In this document: one piece after another, positions 45,348-54,115 of the stretch
How positions within the stretch are numbered: position 1 is the stretch's first letter
How the letters are laid out: each line of letters begins with the position of its first letter
Source of the DNA: Parcubacteria group bacterium Gr01-1014_17
Lineage (GTDB): Bacteria > Patescibacteriota > Minisyncoccia > Phycocordibacterales > UBA10002
DNA length: 54,968 bases
Direction of reading: 5' to 3'
Assembly: GCA_007376285.1 (NCBI GenBank)
Contig: VMFZ01000007.1
Location: 1-54,968, forward strand
Notes under the pieces: generated by a model
The model's database searches: none
Seen by the model: the letters and a program-made list of their open reading frames with translations, nothing else
What the model was told of the DNA's origin: nothing
Program-made: the position numbers and the translations under genes

Positions 45348-45902
45348 TTACTGTGGTTTATACTCCCCTATCTTCACTTTCGCCGGTTCAAGTATTTTAC
45401 CATGAAGCGCAAACCCTTTCTCTACCACTTCGCGCACCGTGTGGTTTTGCGATTGCTCCGCAACAGGTACAACGCCGATACTCGCGTGCTTGTTTCCGTC
45501 AAATGCGTCTCCAACTTTCGGCTCAATTGGCGACACGCCTGCTTTCAGAAGCGCGCCGCGAAACTGCCCGTAAATGTGTTCAATACCAACCCGCCAATTT
45601 GCGTCAATTTTCTCCCTCGTTTCTGCGGTGCCCATCGCGCGCTCAAAGTTTTGGAGCACCGGCAAAAGCTCCGCGACAAACGCCTCGTTTGCAAACTTGA
45701 TAAACGCGCCGCGCGCCTTTTCCTCATCTTTTCGCGCATTGATAAAATCCGCCTTCGCCCTCTGCCAGCCCGCGAGGTACTCCTCGCGTTCTTTCCGGCA
45801 CGCGGAAAGTTCCCCCTTCAGTTTTTTAATCGCTTCTGCAGGGTCTTTAACATTATCCGTATCTGTTTCGGATTCAATTATAATATCTTTTTCGTTGTCC
45901 AT
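45348..45902 (-). CDS. grpE: Nucleotide exchange factor GrpE
   Basis: QRAKADFIN, LLPVLQNFE, KGFALHGKILEPAKV. Confidence 0.94.
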   Translation of the reverse strand: MDNEKDIIIESETDTDNVKDPAEAIKKLKGELSACRKEREEYLAGWQRAKADFINARKDEEKARGAFIKFANEAFVAELLPVLQNFERAMGTAETREKIDANWRVGIEHIYGQFRGALLKAGVSPIEPKVGDAFDGNKHASIGVVPVAEQSQNHTVREVVEKGFALHGKILEPAKVKIGEYKPQ

Positions 45903-45904
45903 AT

Positions 45905-46330
45905 TTATCTCTTTGACCACTGCGGCGCTTTGCGCGCCTTCTTTAGTCCGAACTTGCGACGTTCTTTGGCACGCGGGTCGCGTTTGAGAAAACCGGCTTT
46001 TTTGAGTTTTTTGCGAAGCTCCGGCTCAGCTTCCACGAGCGCGCGCGCGACGCCGTGCCGCACCGCTTCCGCCTGGGATGACAGTCCTCCTCCAGAAATA
46101 TGCGCTGACACGCCGTAGCGCGCGCGAGCCGGCTCGTGCAATGCAAACACATCGCGCGCTACGCGGCGCTGTTCGGCGGTCTTAAAATATTCGTCAAAGG
46201 TTTGGTCTTTAACTACAAAGGTGCCCGCGCCCCCTTTGAGCAGGCGCACGCGCGCCGCGGCGGTCTTGCGGCGGCCTATTGCTTCTATGTATTCGTGGCT
46301 CGCCACTGCTTTTGTTTTTTCTTTTGGCAT
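45905..46330 (-). CDS. rpsI: 30S ribosomal protein S9
   Basis: GRRKTA, GGGLSSQA, ERRKFG, PQWSKR. Confidence 0.97.
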   Translation of the reverse strand: MPKEKTKAVASHEYIEAIGRRKTAAARVRLLKGGAGTFVVKDQTFDEYFKTAEQRRVARDVFALHEPARARYGVSAHISGGGLSSQAEAVRHGVARALVEAEPELRKKLKKAGFLKRDPRAKERRKFGLKKARKAPQWSKR

Positions 46331-46351
46331 AGTTTTTTTATAGGCATAATA

Positions 46352-46696
46352 TCACTCCTTAATCGTCAGATTTTTGATAATCCGCGCGCGGAGCTTGTTT
46401 TTCGGAAGCATACCATACACCGCGCGTTGCACGACAATACCAACGCCGCGGCGCGCAAGAAGCTTGCCGAGAGTTTCCTCTTTCAAGCCGCTTGGGTACC
46501 CCGAATATCGCTGATACGCTTTTTGTTTTTGCTTTTTCTCCGTCATAAACAATTTGCCAGCGTTTTCTATAACAACACGCTCTTTTGGTTCTTCATTGCG
46601 CGTAAAACTGGGGTTCGCTTTGCCGCGCAAAAGATGCGCCGCTTCGCTGGCGATTCGTCCGAGCTTTTTACCGTCTGCGTTTATGATGTGATTCAT
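46352..46696 (-). CDS. rplM: 50S ribosomal protein L13
   Basis: LGRIAS..LRGK, SGYPSGL, GMLPKN. Confidence 0.95.
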   Translation of the reverse strand: MNHIINADGKKLGRIASEAAHLLRGKANPSFTRNEEPKERVVIENAGKLFMTEKKQKQKAYQRYSGYPSGLKEETLGKLLARRGVGIVVQRAVYGMLPKNKLRARIIKNLTIKE

Positions 46697-47043
46697 ACAA
46701 ATTCAATAATTGCGCGCGGCGCGCCATCGCTTTTGCGGAAGCCGGTTTTCACGATGCGCGTATAGCCGCCGGCGCGTTTCTCATATTTCTTACCGATATT
46801 CTTAAAAAGCAACTCTGCGCCAGACGCATTCCCCATACGCCGAACAGCGAAGCGGCGCGCCACAATCGTCCCACGCTTCGCGTGCGTTACGAGCCGCTCT
46901 ACAAACGGGCGTAGCGCTTTGGCGCGCGCTTCGGTCGTCTCAATTTTTCCGTGTAGCACAAGTGCGCGCGCGAGTGAGCGCATAAATGCAAGGCGTACTT
47001 TCCGCACCCGCCCGAATTTTTTGTTTTTGCTGTGGTGTCTCAT
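46693..47043 (-). CDS. rplQ: 50S ribosomal protein L17
   Basis: MRH, IETTEARAK, GGYTRI. Confidence 0.96.
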   Translation of the reverse strand: MRHHSKNKKFGRVRKVRLAFMRSLARALVLHGKIETTEARAKALRPFVERLVTHAKRGTIVARRFAVRRMGNASGAELLFKNIGKKYEKRAGGYTRIVKTGFRKSDGAPRAIIEFV

Positions 47044-47993
47044 TATTTTAAAGTAATGCCAAAATTGCCGAGCATCTTTTTAATCTCCTGCACGCCCTTG
47101 CTGCCGAGCCCGTCAATATCTAAAATATCCTCTTCTTTCTTGCGCACCAAACCGCCGACCGTGCGAATGCCGGCGTTTGATAGCGCAATTTTTGCGCGCG
47201 CCGACAAATCAAGCGTATCAACTCGCGTTTTAAGCACTTCGGGGTCAATGTCGCGCCGCGCCTCTCTCGGCGCTTTTGCAACAACGGCCGCTACTGGCGC
47301 TTCTTCTTCACGAAACCCGACCACCGCGCGCAATTGGTTAATCATAAGCTGAATTGATTTCTCCAAAGCTTCGCGCGGCGAGACAGTTCCGTCGGTTTCA
47401 ATCGTAAGGCGGAGTCGGTTAAAGTCGGTCCGTTCTCCGACCCGCATATTTTCCACTTCGTAATTCACGCGCCGCACCGGCGTGAAAATCGCGTCAAGCG
47501 CAATCGCGCCGATATCCACACGCTCTTTCTGCACCGTTTCTTTCGGCACATAGCCAAGACCTTTTTCTACGCGCGCTTCAATATCAAGTACGGTTCCTTT
47601 TCCTGAAATAGACGCAATAGCTTGTTCGGGATTCAGTACGGAAACTTGCCCTGGGCACTCAAACGATGCGGCGGTAATTTCTTTCGGACCCTTCACTTTA
47701 AGAGAAATGGTTTGCTGTTCATCGGTCGTTAGGTTAAAACGCACACGCTTCAAATTAAGGATGATTGAAATGACATCTTCTTTCACTCCCTCAATCGTCG
47801 TAAACTCGTGCGATGCGCCTGCAATTTTTACCGAGGTAATCGCGGCGCCCGGGAGCGACGAGAGAATGATCCGGCGGAGAGAGTTGCCAAGCGTGTGCCC
47901 ATATCCTGGGTAAAGACCGTCTATTTCATACGAACCGACATGCGCCTCTTCTTTGATAATGCGCGGCTTTGATGGAAGTACGATATTAAGCAT
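47043..47993 (-). CDS. rpoA: RNA polymerase alpha subunit
   Basis: GYGHTLGNSLRRIILSS, GVKEDV, DAIFTPV and an alpha-CTD. Confidence 0.97.
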   Translation of the reverse strand: MLNIVLPSKPRIIKEEAHVGSYEIDGLYPGYGHTLGNSLRRIILSSLPGAAITSVKIAGASHEFTTIEGVKEDVISIILNLKRVRFNLTTDEQQTISLKVKGPKEITAASFECPGQVSVLNPEQAIASISGKGTVLDIEARVEKGLGYVPKETVQKERVDIGAIALDAIFTPVRRVNYEVENMRVGERTDFNRLRLTIETDGTVSPREALEKSIQLMINQLRAVVGFREEEAPVAAVVAKAPREARRDIDPEVLKTRVDTLDLSARAKIALSNAGIRTVGGLVRKKEEDILDIDGLGSKGVQEIKKMLGNFGITLK

Positions 47994-48076
47994 ACAAATA
48001 TTAAAAATGGTTAATTGTTTCAAAAAATACGAAATATACTATAGCACAGAGGCGCATTTCTTGCAAAGCGAGCCTA

Positions 48077-48667
48077 CTAGCGGCGGTAAAACTCAAGCAC
48101 GACATCAGCGCGGAAAGGTAGTTCTTCGCGCCGAAGATGAGGCGACCCTGTAATGGTGATGGTCCGCTTTTCCTTATCGTACGAAAGCCACGGTGGCGTT
48201 ACTTTTATTTCTTTATCTTCGGACCACATCTTCTTATCTACGCTCGCGGAGCGCACAGCGATCATTTCCCCAGCGAAAACCGCGCGCGATGGAATGGTGT
48301 TTCGGCGGCCATTGATGGTCAAGTGGCCGTGGGATACGAGTTGGCGCGCCGCGCGCCGTGTCGGCGCAAGCCCCGCGCGATAGGCGACATTATCCAACCG
48401 CGTTTCAAGAAGTGTAATAAGCGCATCAGCCGCTGCACCTTTTTTGAGGAGCGCTGCGCGCGCGTATGTTCGTATTTGCCGATTACCAAGACCGTAGAAA
48501 AAGCGCGCTTTCTGTTTTTCCGCAAGCTGGACCGCGTAGTCGCTCCGCGCGCGCATTTTCTTGCCCGCGCGCTGGCCTTCGCGCAGAGCAAATTTTTGCG
48601 TGCTCGTTTTCTCAAACAGTTCTGGGCCGTAGCGCCGCGCAATTTTGTATCGTGGTCCTATCTGCAT
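48077..48667 (-). CDS. rpsD: 30S ribosomal protein S4
   Basis: SDYAVQLAEKQK, LETRLDNV, RQLVSHGH. Confidence 0.96.
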   Translation of the reverse strand: MQIGPRYKIARRYGPELFEKTSTQKFALREGQRAGKKMRARSDYAVQLAEKQKARFFYGLGNRQIRTYARAALLKKGAAADALITLLETRLDNVAYRAGLAPTRRAARQLVSHGHLTINGRRNTIPSRAVFAGEMIAVRSASVDKKMWSEDKEIKVTPPWLSYDKEKRTITITGSPHLRREELPFRADVVLEFYRR

Positions 48668-48690
48668 ATTTCAATATTTAAATATTTAAA

Positions 48691-49122
48691 TTAAACGCGG
48701 CGTGGCTTTTTCGGCCGCGGACCGTTAAACGGCACTGGCGTTACATCCTTAATGCTTTTAATCATAATGCCTTTGGACATAAAACCGCGAATGGCGGATT
48801 CACGGCCAGACCCGACGCCACGCACAACGACCGACACTTCTTTCATACCCATAAGCAAGCCCTTCGCGCCGAGGGTCTCGCCAACTTTTGCCGCCGCAAA
48901 CGGCGTGCCTTTTTTCGCCCCTTGAAAACCGAGTGCGCCAGACGAAGAAAATGCGACCACATTTCCCTTGTCGTCGGCAAGCGTCAGCGTTGTGTTGTTG
49001 TATGATGCGCGCACGGTAAGGATGCCACTCTCAATTTTCTTCTTTGAACGCGCGACGGCTGGAGTACCTCCCGCAGCCTCCGCACCTGCCTCTCCTTTTG
49101 TGATTATTCGTTTTTTTCCCAT
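48691..49122 (-). CDS. rpsK: 30S ribosomal protein S11
   Basis: SYNNT, KGTPFAA, DVTPVPFNG. Confidence 0.96.
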   Translation of the reverse strand: MGKKRIITKGEAGAEAAGGTPAVARSKKKIESGILTVRASYNNTTLTLADDKGNVVAFSSSGALGFQGAKKGTPFAAAKVGETLGAKGLLMGMKEVSVVVRGVGSGRESAIRGFMSKGIMIKSIKDVTPVPFNGPRPKKPRRV

Positions 49123-49126
49123 AAAA

Positions 49127-49507
49127 TTACTTCTTCTCTACCGCCTTGCGGCCAGTACCCATCGTCTTCCGCACATTGCCGCGGCGAGTGCGCGAGTTGG
49201 TTTTAGTGCGCTGGCCGCGCACCGGAAGACCGCGCGAGTGCCGCGTCCCGCGATACGATTTAATGTCCTTCAAACGCTTGATGTTACCCGCAACCGCGCG
49301 CTTCAAATCCCCTTCCAGCGTCCGCTTCTCTATTTCAATGTGGAGCGCCTGCTCTTCCGCGGGAGACAATTCCGCTGGTTTTTTAGCGGGATTTACTCCA
49401 ACTTGCAATAAAATAGAGCGCGCGTTTGAGCGGCCAACGCCGTAGAGAATCGGCAAGCCAAATTCAAGCTGTTTCTTTTCCGGAATAGTGATACCTTTAA
49501 TACGCAT
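49127..49507 (-). CDS. rpsM: 30S ribosomal protein S13
   Basis: YGVGR, EGDL, YRGTRH..GLPVRGQRTKTN. Confidence 0.96.
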   Translation of the reverse strand: MRIKGITIPEKKQLEFGLPILYGVGRSNARSILLQVGVNPAKKPAELSPAEEQALHIEIEKRTLEGDLKRAVAGNIKRLKDIKSYRGTRHSRGLPVRGQRTKTNSRTRRGNVRKTMGTGRKAVEKK

Positions 49508-49511
49508 AAAA

Positions 49512-49628
49512 TTATCCCTGCCGTTGTTTGTGTCGCGGATTGCCTGTGCACACAATAAAAACGCGTCCGCGCCTGCGGACAACGAAACACTTCGGACATC
49601 GAACTTTTACTGATGCTTTTACATTCAT
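49512..49628 (-). CDS. rpmJ: 50S ribosomal protein L36 (absent from the ORF track)
   Basis: Manual translation: [38 protein letters not shown]. Confidence 0.95.
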   Translation of the reverse strand: MNVKASVKVRCPKCFVVRRRGRVFIVCTGNPRHKQRQG

Positions 49629-49840
49629 AAACGCTTTACAATCCGCCCCTTACCGCCGTAGCGGTCCAATTCCACCTCAACCTTGTCTCCGACGAGAACA
49701 CGAATCCGATGCAAGCGCATTTTGCCCGCTAAGTACGCAAGCACGAGCTTCTCCGGCTCAATTTCAACGCGGAAAAGCGCGTCAGGCAACGCCTCGACGA
49801 CCCTCCCGTTCACCTTCATCGGCTTTTCAGCTGTTCCCAT
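49625..49840 (-). CDS. infA: Translation initiation factor IF-1
   Basis: [27 protein letters not shown]. Confidence 0.96.
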   Translation of the reverse strand: MGTAEKPMKVNGRVVEALPDALFRVEIEPEKLVLAYLAGKMRLHRIRVLVGDKVEVELDRYGGKGRIVKRL

Positions 49841-49882
49841 CTACATTAAAAAGATAGCAAAATAAAAGAAAAAGGTCAACTA
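49841..49882 (-). promoter_or_regulatory. infA operon promoter, duplicated at 50368-50409
   Basis: TTGACC-17 nt-TATCTT, ending 10 nt before the ATG. Confidence 0.65.
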
Positions 49883-49889
49883 AAGAAAG

Positions 49890-50147
49890 TTAGTATAACT
49901 CATCATGCGTGCCAACATCCGTATAGAGCACTTCGCCACCGGAAAGAAACAAAAAAGTGATGCGGTATGAGTAATCAACTGAATATGCCCATTCTGCACC
50001 CCGCTTGCCGTGAAGCTTGTGCGTCCCGAGTCGCGGATGAAAGGGATTATCTATAAAGAGTTTCTCTCGTTCTTTTGCTTTTTCTTGAAGTAAGCGCGGA
50101 AGCTTCTTGAAGTGTCGGTCAAAGAGCGGCGCGGTAGAAATGCGCAT
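49890..50147 (-). CDS. RelE/ParE-superfamily toxin
   Basis: FDRHFKKL, NPFHPRL.THKLHG, YRITF, VGTHDELY. Confidence 0.88.
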   Translation of the reverse strand: MRISTAPLFDRHFKKLPRLLQEKAKEREKLFIDNPFHPRLGTHKLHGKRGAEWAYSVDYSYRITFLFLSGGEVLYTDVGTHDELY

Positions 50148-50148
50148 G

Positions 50149-50364
50149 TTACATAAGGTCGGCAAGTGACTTGATACGCCGCGTACTTCCATTTTGATGT
50201 GCTCGTATGCTCATCGCCACCCGACGGTCAAGGCGCGCTGCCGCGCGGCCAGAAAGATACCGCACCGGTATTTGATTGGCTCGCAGCGCTTCATAGTCCC
50301 GACGGGGCACAACGACAAGGTCATCTCCCCTACTAATTGTTTTTGGAATAGTGATTGTGTTCAT
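50149..50364 (-). CDS. Antitoxin of the RelE-like toxin
   Basis: 71 aa directly upstream of the toxin; DDLVVVPRRDYE. Confidence 0.75.
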   Translation of the reverse strand: MNTITIPKTISRGDDLVVVPRRDYEALRANQIPVRYLSGRAAARLDRRVAMSIRAHQNGSTRRIKSLADLM

Positions 50365-50406
50365 AATCTACATTAAAAAGATAGCAAGATAATAAAAAAG
50401 AGTCAA

Positions 50407-50967
50407 CTACACTCTAAGCCAAAACACAAGTGAACCAATGATAAACAAAATCCCAATGCTTCTTAATACCATCTTTATCCAAGATTTGGTACAACTCTGT
50501 GTCTGAATATCTGAAAAGTGTTTAGTAAAGAAAAAAACAGTTGCTATAAAAACTACAAGATACGCAAGCATAAATACTCCCCACATTCCTGTGCTGTATT
50601 CATAAATATCATCTCTCCACCCTCTACAGACCGAATGTAATCCAAACAACGCTTTTTTAAAAAAGAAGTATGAACCCGGGCCATCACCACAATCCCCTCG
50701 ATTGAAAAGAAGCGCTAGCAATTGCACTACCAATAAAACTAACATGCTCCAGATGGAAATGTTTAAAAGTTTATGTTTTCTTACCGCACGAACGATACTA
50801 ATCACAAACAACACTAACAGTATTGACCCAAATACCACAACTCCATACACCATAACTCCAATTCCTGACCATCCTCCTGAAGTCAGAAGAAACAGCCATA
50901 AACTGGCGATAGCGTATACAAATACAACTAAAAAGAAATCCCAGACAGTTAAAATAACTCCCTTCAT
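50407..50967 (-). CDS. Hypothetical multi-pass membrane protein (AT-rich)
   Basis: About five hydrophobic segments and a CGDGPG..C loop. Confidence 0.7.
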   Translation of the reverse strand: MKGVILTVWDFFLVVFVYAIASLWLFLLTSGGWSGIGVMVYGVVVFGSILLVLFVISIVRAVRKHKLLNISIWSMLVLLVVQLLALLFNRGDCGDGPGSYFFFKKALFGLHSVCRGWRDDIYEYSTGMWGVFMLAYLVVFIATVFFFTKHFSDIQTQSCTKSWIKMVLRSIGILFIIGSLVFWLRV

Positions 50968-51009
50968 TTCATTATTTTAATACTAACATATTAATCTTCA
51001 GTACATCAA

Positions 51010-53193
51010 TTAAGGAAGGAGCGTAAAAAAGACTTTTCCGACATTCACAGTATTAACGAACACCTCTATCTCGTAACGCCCGTGAGTGACTGCTACTCCA
51101 TTATTTAGCACTGACGGTATTGAAAATTGCAGTGTAGCGCCGTCTGTAGAAAATACTGCTAAATTCCTATAGTCTTCACCTTTTGAGATCCGTACTCTGT
51201 TTTGTCCCTGATTAAAACCACTGCCTTTGAGTGTTACTAATGTGCCTATGGACCCAGAAAGTGGTTCGATGCTGGAAAGTGTAAGCGGTTCAGGTGTAGG
51301 TGTAACATTCACCGTGAGCGTTTCCTTAGTTCGCATTCCGCTCGTTTTATTGACGATTTCGTATCCTATCTTTGTCAAACCAAGTTTGGCATCCGCTGGT
51401 AGCTTAAATGACAACGGTGCCCGTGCCATTTCAACCAGTTTCCTCGGATGCACCTCTCTGACGATATTAACAGCACTAGTATCTTGGTTGGAAAAAACTG
51501 TTGTGGCATAAAAATCAGATGCTCCACATGTAGTACTGTCCATATTTTCAAATACGACCATGACCGGTGAGATTGAAACATCAGGATGTGCCTCAACTGG
51601 TTGAGACGGAGCCAGTTCAACGCGAGGCGCTCTACGAGTGCATAAGCCAGATTCAACTACCACATCAAATGTAATTGACTCCGATGTGGTGTTTTTGATT
51701 GGACCAATTGTAATCCCGGTATCATCATCGGTAAATACAGTGCCATCCTCTTTTGTCAATAACCACGGCGCGCCAGATGCGTTTGGGCCAGCTTCAAGCA
51801 AATAAGAAATGGGGTCGCTGGGAGAAAGAATGCGGTTAATAAGCAATCCGAATCTGGTGCTTGAACGTCCGGCATTCTGAAATGCATTGAATCCGGTACC
51901 GCGTCTATATTCAAGATAATAAGGAACAAAGGAAGATCCTAACATTTTGATTTTAGCGATTTTCTGGTCATTCGAACCTTCAAAAGGAGAAAGTGTATAC
52001 TGTCCGCTTTTTTCAATGACAATCGTCTCACTGGGAATAATCCAACCGAATCGTTCTTTAAACACGGCGTTTAGATGGTAACCATAATATGGAGTACCCA
52101 ATATATCATATTCATTTCCATAATCTATACTCTTGCATGTATTGCCGAAGATGTCGGCACCACAGTCAAGCCGAAATGCATGCGGAGCCCCGAAACCATG
52201 TAGGAGTTCATGTGCAAAATTCTGGTCGAATAGAATAAACTTGAATGGAGGCGGTGCACCAGTTCTGGTTAATTGATAGCTTGCAAAAGAGCTACGCGAA
52301 AGATTGACACAGCTTTGTGACGCCCGGTGTACTCTTCCGTCGCCAATAGTAATATCTATCTTTCCTATTGTACCACTACTAACGCCAACATTTGGATGAT
52401 CTACCAAAAAGACTATATGTTGGTATTGTCCAACATTGATGTTGTGTTCTTGTAAGAAACTATCGAATGCGCCGTAAGTAGATAGTCGTACATTTTCATA
52501 CCCAAGTGAACACATTTCAACCTGTGCAGGTCCATTTGTTGGAAGAGTGAACCAGCCAAAAACATCACCGCCTAATTTTGTACGATTATACGACTGCTCA
52601 TTGATAAATTTCTGTATTGTGCCGTTAAAGATTCTTGATTTGATTTCATCGCTTGAAAACGGAACAGGACCGGAATCTCGATAATTAACAAGAAAAACAA
52701 TAATTTTTTGCTCTCCCAAAATAGATGTTGTGGAAGGCTGTTCTCGTTGTTTTAAAGAAGAAGGTGGTGGAGTAACAGGAGGTGGGGTAGGATTAACTGG
52801 ATTCTTGAATGTAGACGGTGCAGAACCTGTGATTTTAAGTAGGACAGAATCATCTGCACGGTTGCCGTCTCCGTCTATGCATGCGATGCGAACGGTAATA
52901 GCATTTACAACAGAACTACCGAGCTTTCCCGATATTTTACCGTCTAACAATAAGTCCTTCTTTGACCAATTACCCTTACAGCGCTTCGCGCCGTCGCTTT
53001 CCCAACTGATAGTGATGCGGCTTCCGACGGCAACTTCCACAAGACCATCACTACCGTTGACTTTCAAATCAACCGATAGCGTGTCAAAGATGTTTTCGTT
53101 TTGCAGGAGATTGTCTGCTGGTTGGGCGTGTACAGTTGTAATCGCTACAAGCGTGACGAGCCCAAAAATGATAAATAGCAAAATCTTTTTCAT
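51010..53193 (-). CDS. Secreted metzincin metalloprotease (M6/M11-like) with Ig-like/IPT domains
   Basis: Signal peptide, HELLHGFGAPH (HExxHxxGxxH), YGNEYDILG, YYLEYR, C-terminal SGSIGTLVTLKGSGF. Confidence 0.82.
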   Translation of the reverse strand: MKKILLFIIFGLVTLVAITTVHAQPADNLLQNENIFDTLSVDLKVNGSDGLVEVAVGSRITISWESDGAKRCKGNWSKKDLLLDGKISGKLGSSVVNAITVRIACIDGDGNRADDSVLLKITGSAPSTFKNPVNPTPPPVTPPPSSLKQREQPSTTSILGEQKIIVFLVNYRDSGPVPFSSDEIKSRIFNGTIQKFINEQSYNRTKLGGDVFGWFTLPTNGPAQVEMCSLGYENVRLSTYGAFDSFLQEHNINVGQYQHIVFLVDHPNVGVSSGTIGKIDITIGDGRVHRASQSCVNLSRSSFASYQLTRTGAPPPFKFILFDQNFAHELLHGFGAPHAFRLDCGADIFGNTCKSIDYGNEYDILGTPYYGYHLNAVFKERFGWIIPSETIVIEKSGQYTLSPFEGSNDQKIAKIKMLGSSFVPYYLEYRRGTGFNAFQNAGRSSTRFGLLINRILSPSDPISYLLEAGPNASGAPWLLTKEDGTVFTDDDTGITIGPIKNTTSESITFDVVVESGLCTRRAPRVELAPSQPVEAHPDVSISPVMVVFENMDSTTCGASDFYATTVFSNQDTSAVNIVREVHPRKLVEMARAPLSFKLPADAKLGLTKIGYEIVNKTSGMRTKETLTVNVTPTPEPLTLSSIEPLSGSIGTLVTLKGSGFNQGQNRVRISKGEDYRNLAVFSTDGATLQFSIPSVLNNGVAVTHGRYEIEVFVNTVNVGKVFFTLLP

Positions 53194-53200
53194 GTGAAAA

Positions 53201-53638
53201 TTATACCACGGACTGTTTTTCCATAAATTCCACAAAATACTTGGCGAATTGGCGAAAAATATCCGGTGCTTTTTGCAGATTTTCATAAATACCTTCGGGA
53301 GTAATCTTGTCATAATCATGCGCAACGAGATTGCGGAATTTCATCATGTCTTCATTCTCTTTCGCAAACGACGGGGGTACAATTCCACACTCCCCCAAAA
53401 GCGCAATAATTTCAGCGTAATTTTTCGCCTGTTTTTGAAACACTTCAGTAATAATGTGATTGCCGATATCGGTAATCATTTCAATTGAAGTGAACATATT
53501 CAAGGCGGCGGAGTCCTGCGTTTTATAATCGGCAAAAAACGCATCGCGCCCTTCCATGCGCAATTCCTCCAGGATTTTCGTGTATTCCTGTAACTTAAAA
53601 AGCTTTTCGTGAATTGTGTTCTTGTTAAGCGGCGACAT
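53201..53638 (-). CDS. HEPN (DUF86/HepT-like) RNase toxin
   Basis: FRNLVAHDY (Rx4H). Confidence 0.88.
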   Translation of the reverse strand: MSPLNKNTIHEKLFKLQEYTKILEELRMEGRDAFFADYKTQDSAALNMFTSIEMITDIGNHIITEVFQKQAKNYAEIIALLGECGIVPPSFAKENEDMMKFRNLVAHDYDKITPEGIYENLQKAPDIFRQFAKYFVEFMEKQSVV

Positions 53639-54086
53639 AGGTTTGCGAACGAATTGGCACTCGTCCAAATGCTCCTGATTTTATCTGTTCGCGTAAAATT
53701 CGGTAGGATGTCTCGCGCAAATACCGAGTATCTTCATATTCATGCAGAACAGCGCATGCAAGTCGCGCCCGTGCGGTGGAATCCTTAACAAAAATGACTT
53801 CTCCTTCTAACACCGCCTCATAGCGAAGCACGGGATTGGTTGTTTCGTTTAAATTAATCACATCGGCGTCTCTCACTGAAAACCCTTGAGCGATTTCGTG
53901 TGAGATGGCTAGCTTTTTATCGTATTGTTTTTCGCGAGGTACTTTGTTTTCATCAAACAACACCGCCACATCAATATCAGAGTTATACCCCATCTGTCCG
54001 CGCGCAGCCGAACCAAAAAGATACCCGACGATAATGTCGTGTTTTTCCATAATATCCGCTATTTTCTTTTTATCCATTTCGTTCAT
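53625..54086 (-). CDS. Minimal nucleotidyltransferase (MntA-like antitoxin)
   Basis: YLFGSAARG..SDIDVAV; overlaps the HEPN gene. Confidence 0.9.
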   Translation of the reverse strand: MNEMDKKKIADIMEKHDIIVGYLFGSAARGQMGYNSDIDVAVLFDENKVPREKQYDKKLAISHEIAQGFSVRDADVINLNETTNPVLRYEAVLEGEVIFVKDSTARARLACAVLHEYEDTRYLRETSYRILREQIKSGAFGRVPIRSQTYVAA

Positions 54087-54115
54087 AAAGATATTTTAAC
54101 ACAAAAAAAGAAAGA

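Noticed and set aside
45300-45930. CIRCE/hrcA control of the chaperone genes
   Set aside because: No TTAGCACTC-N9-GAGTGCTAA site and no hrcA gene in the window.
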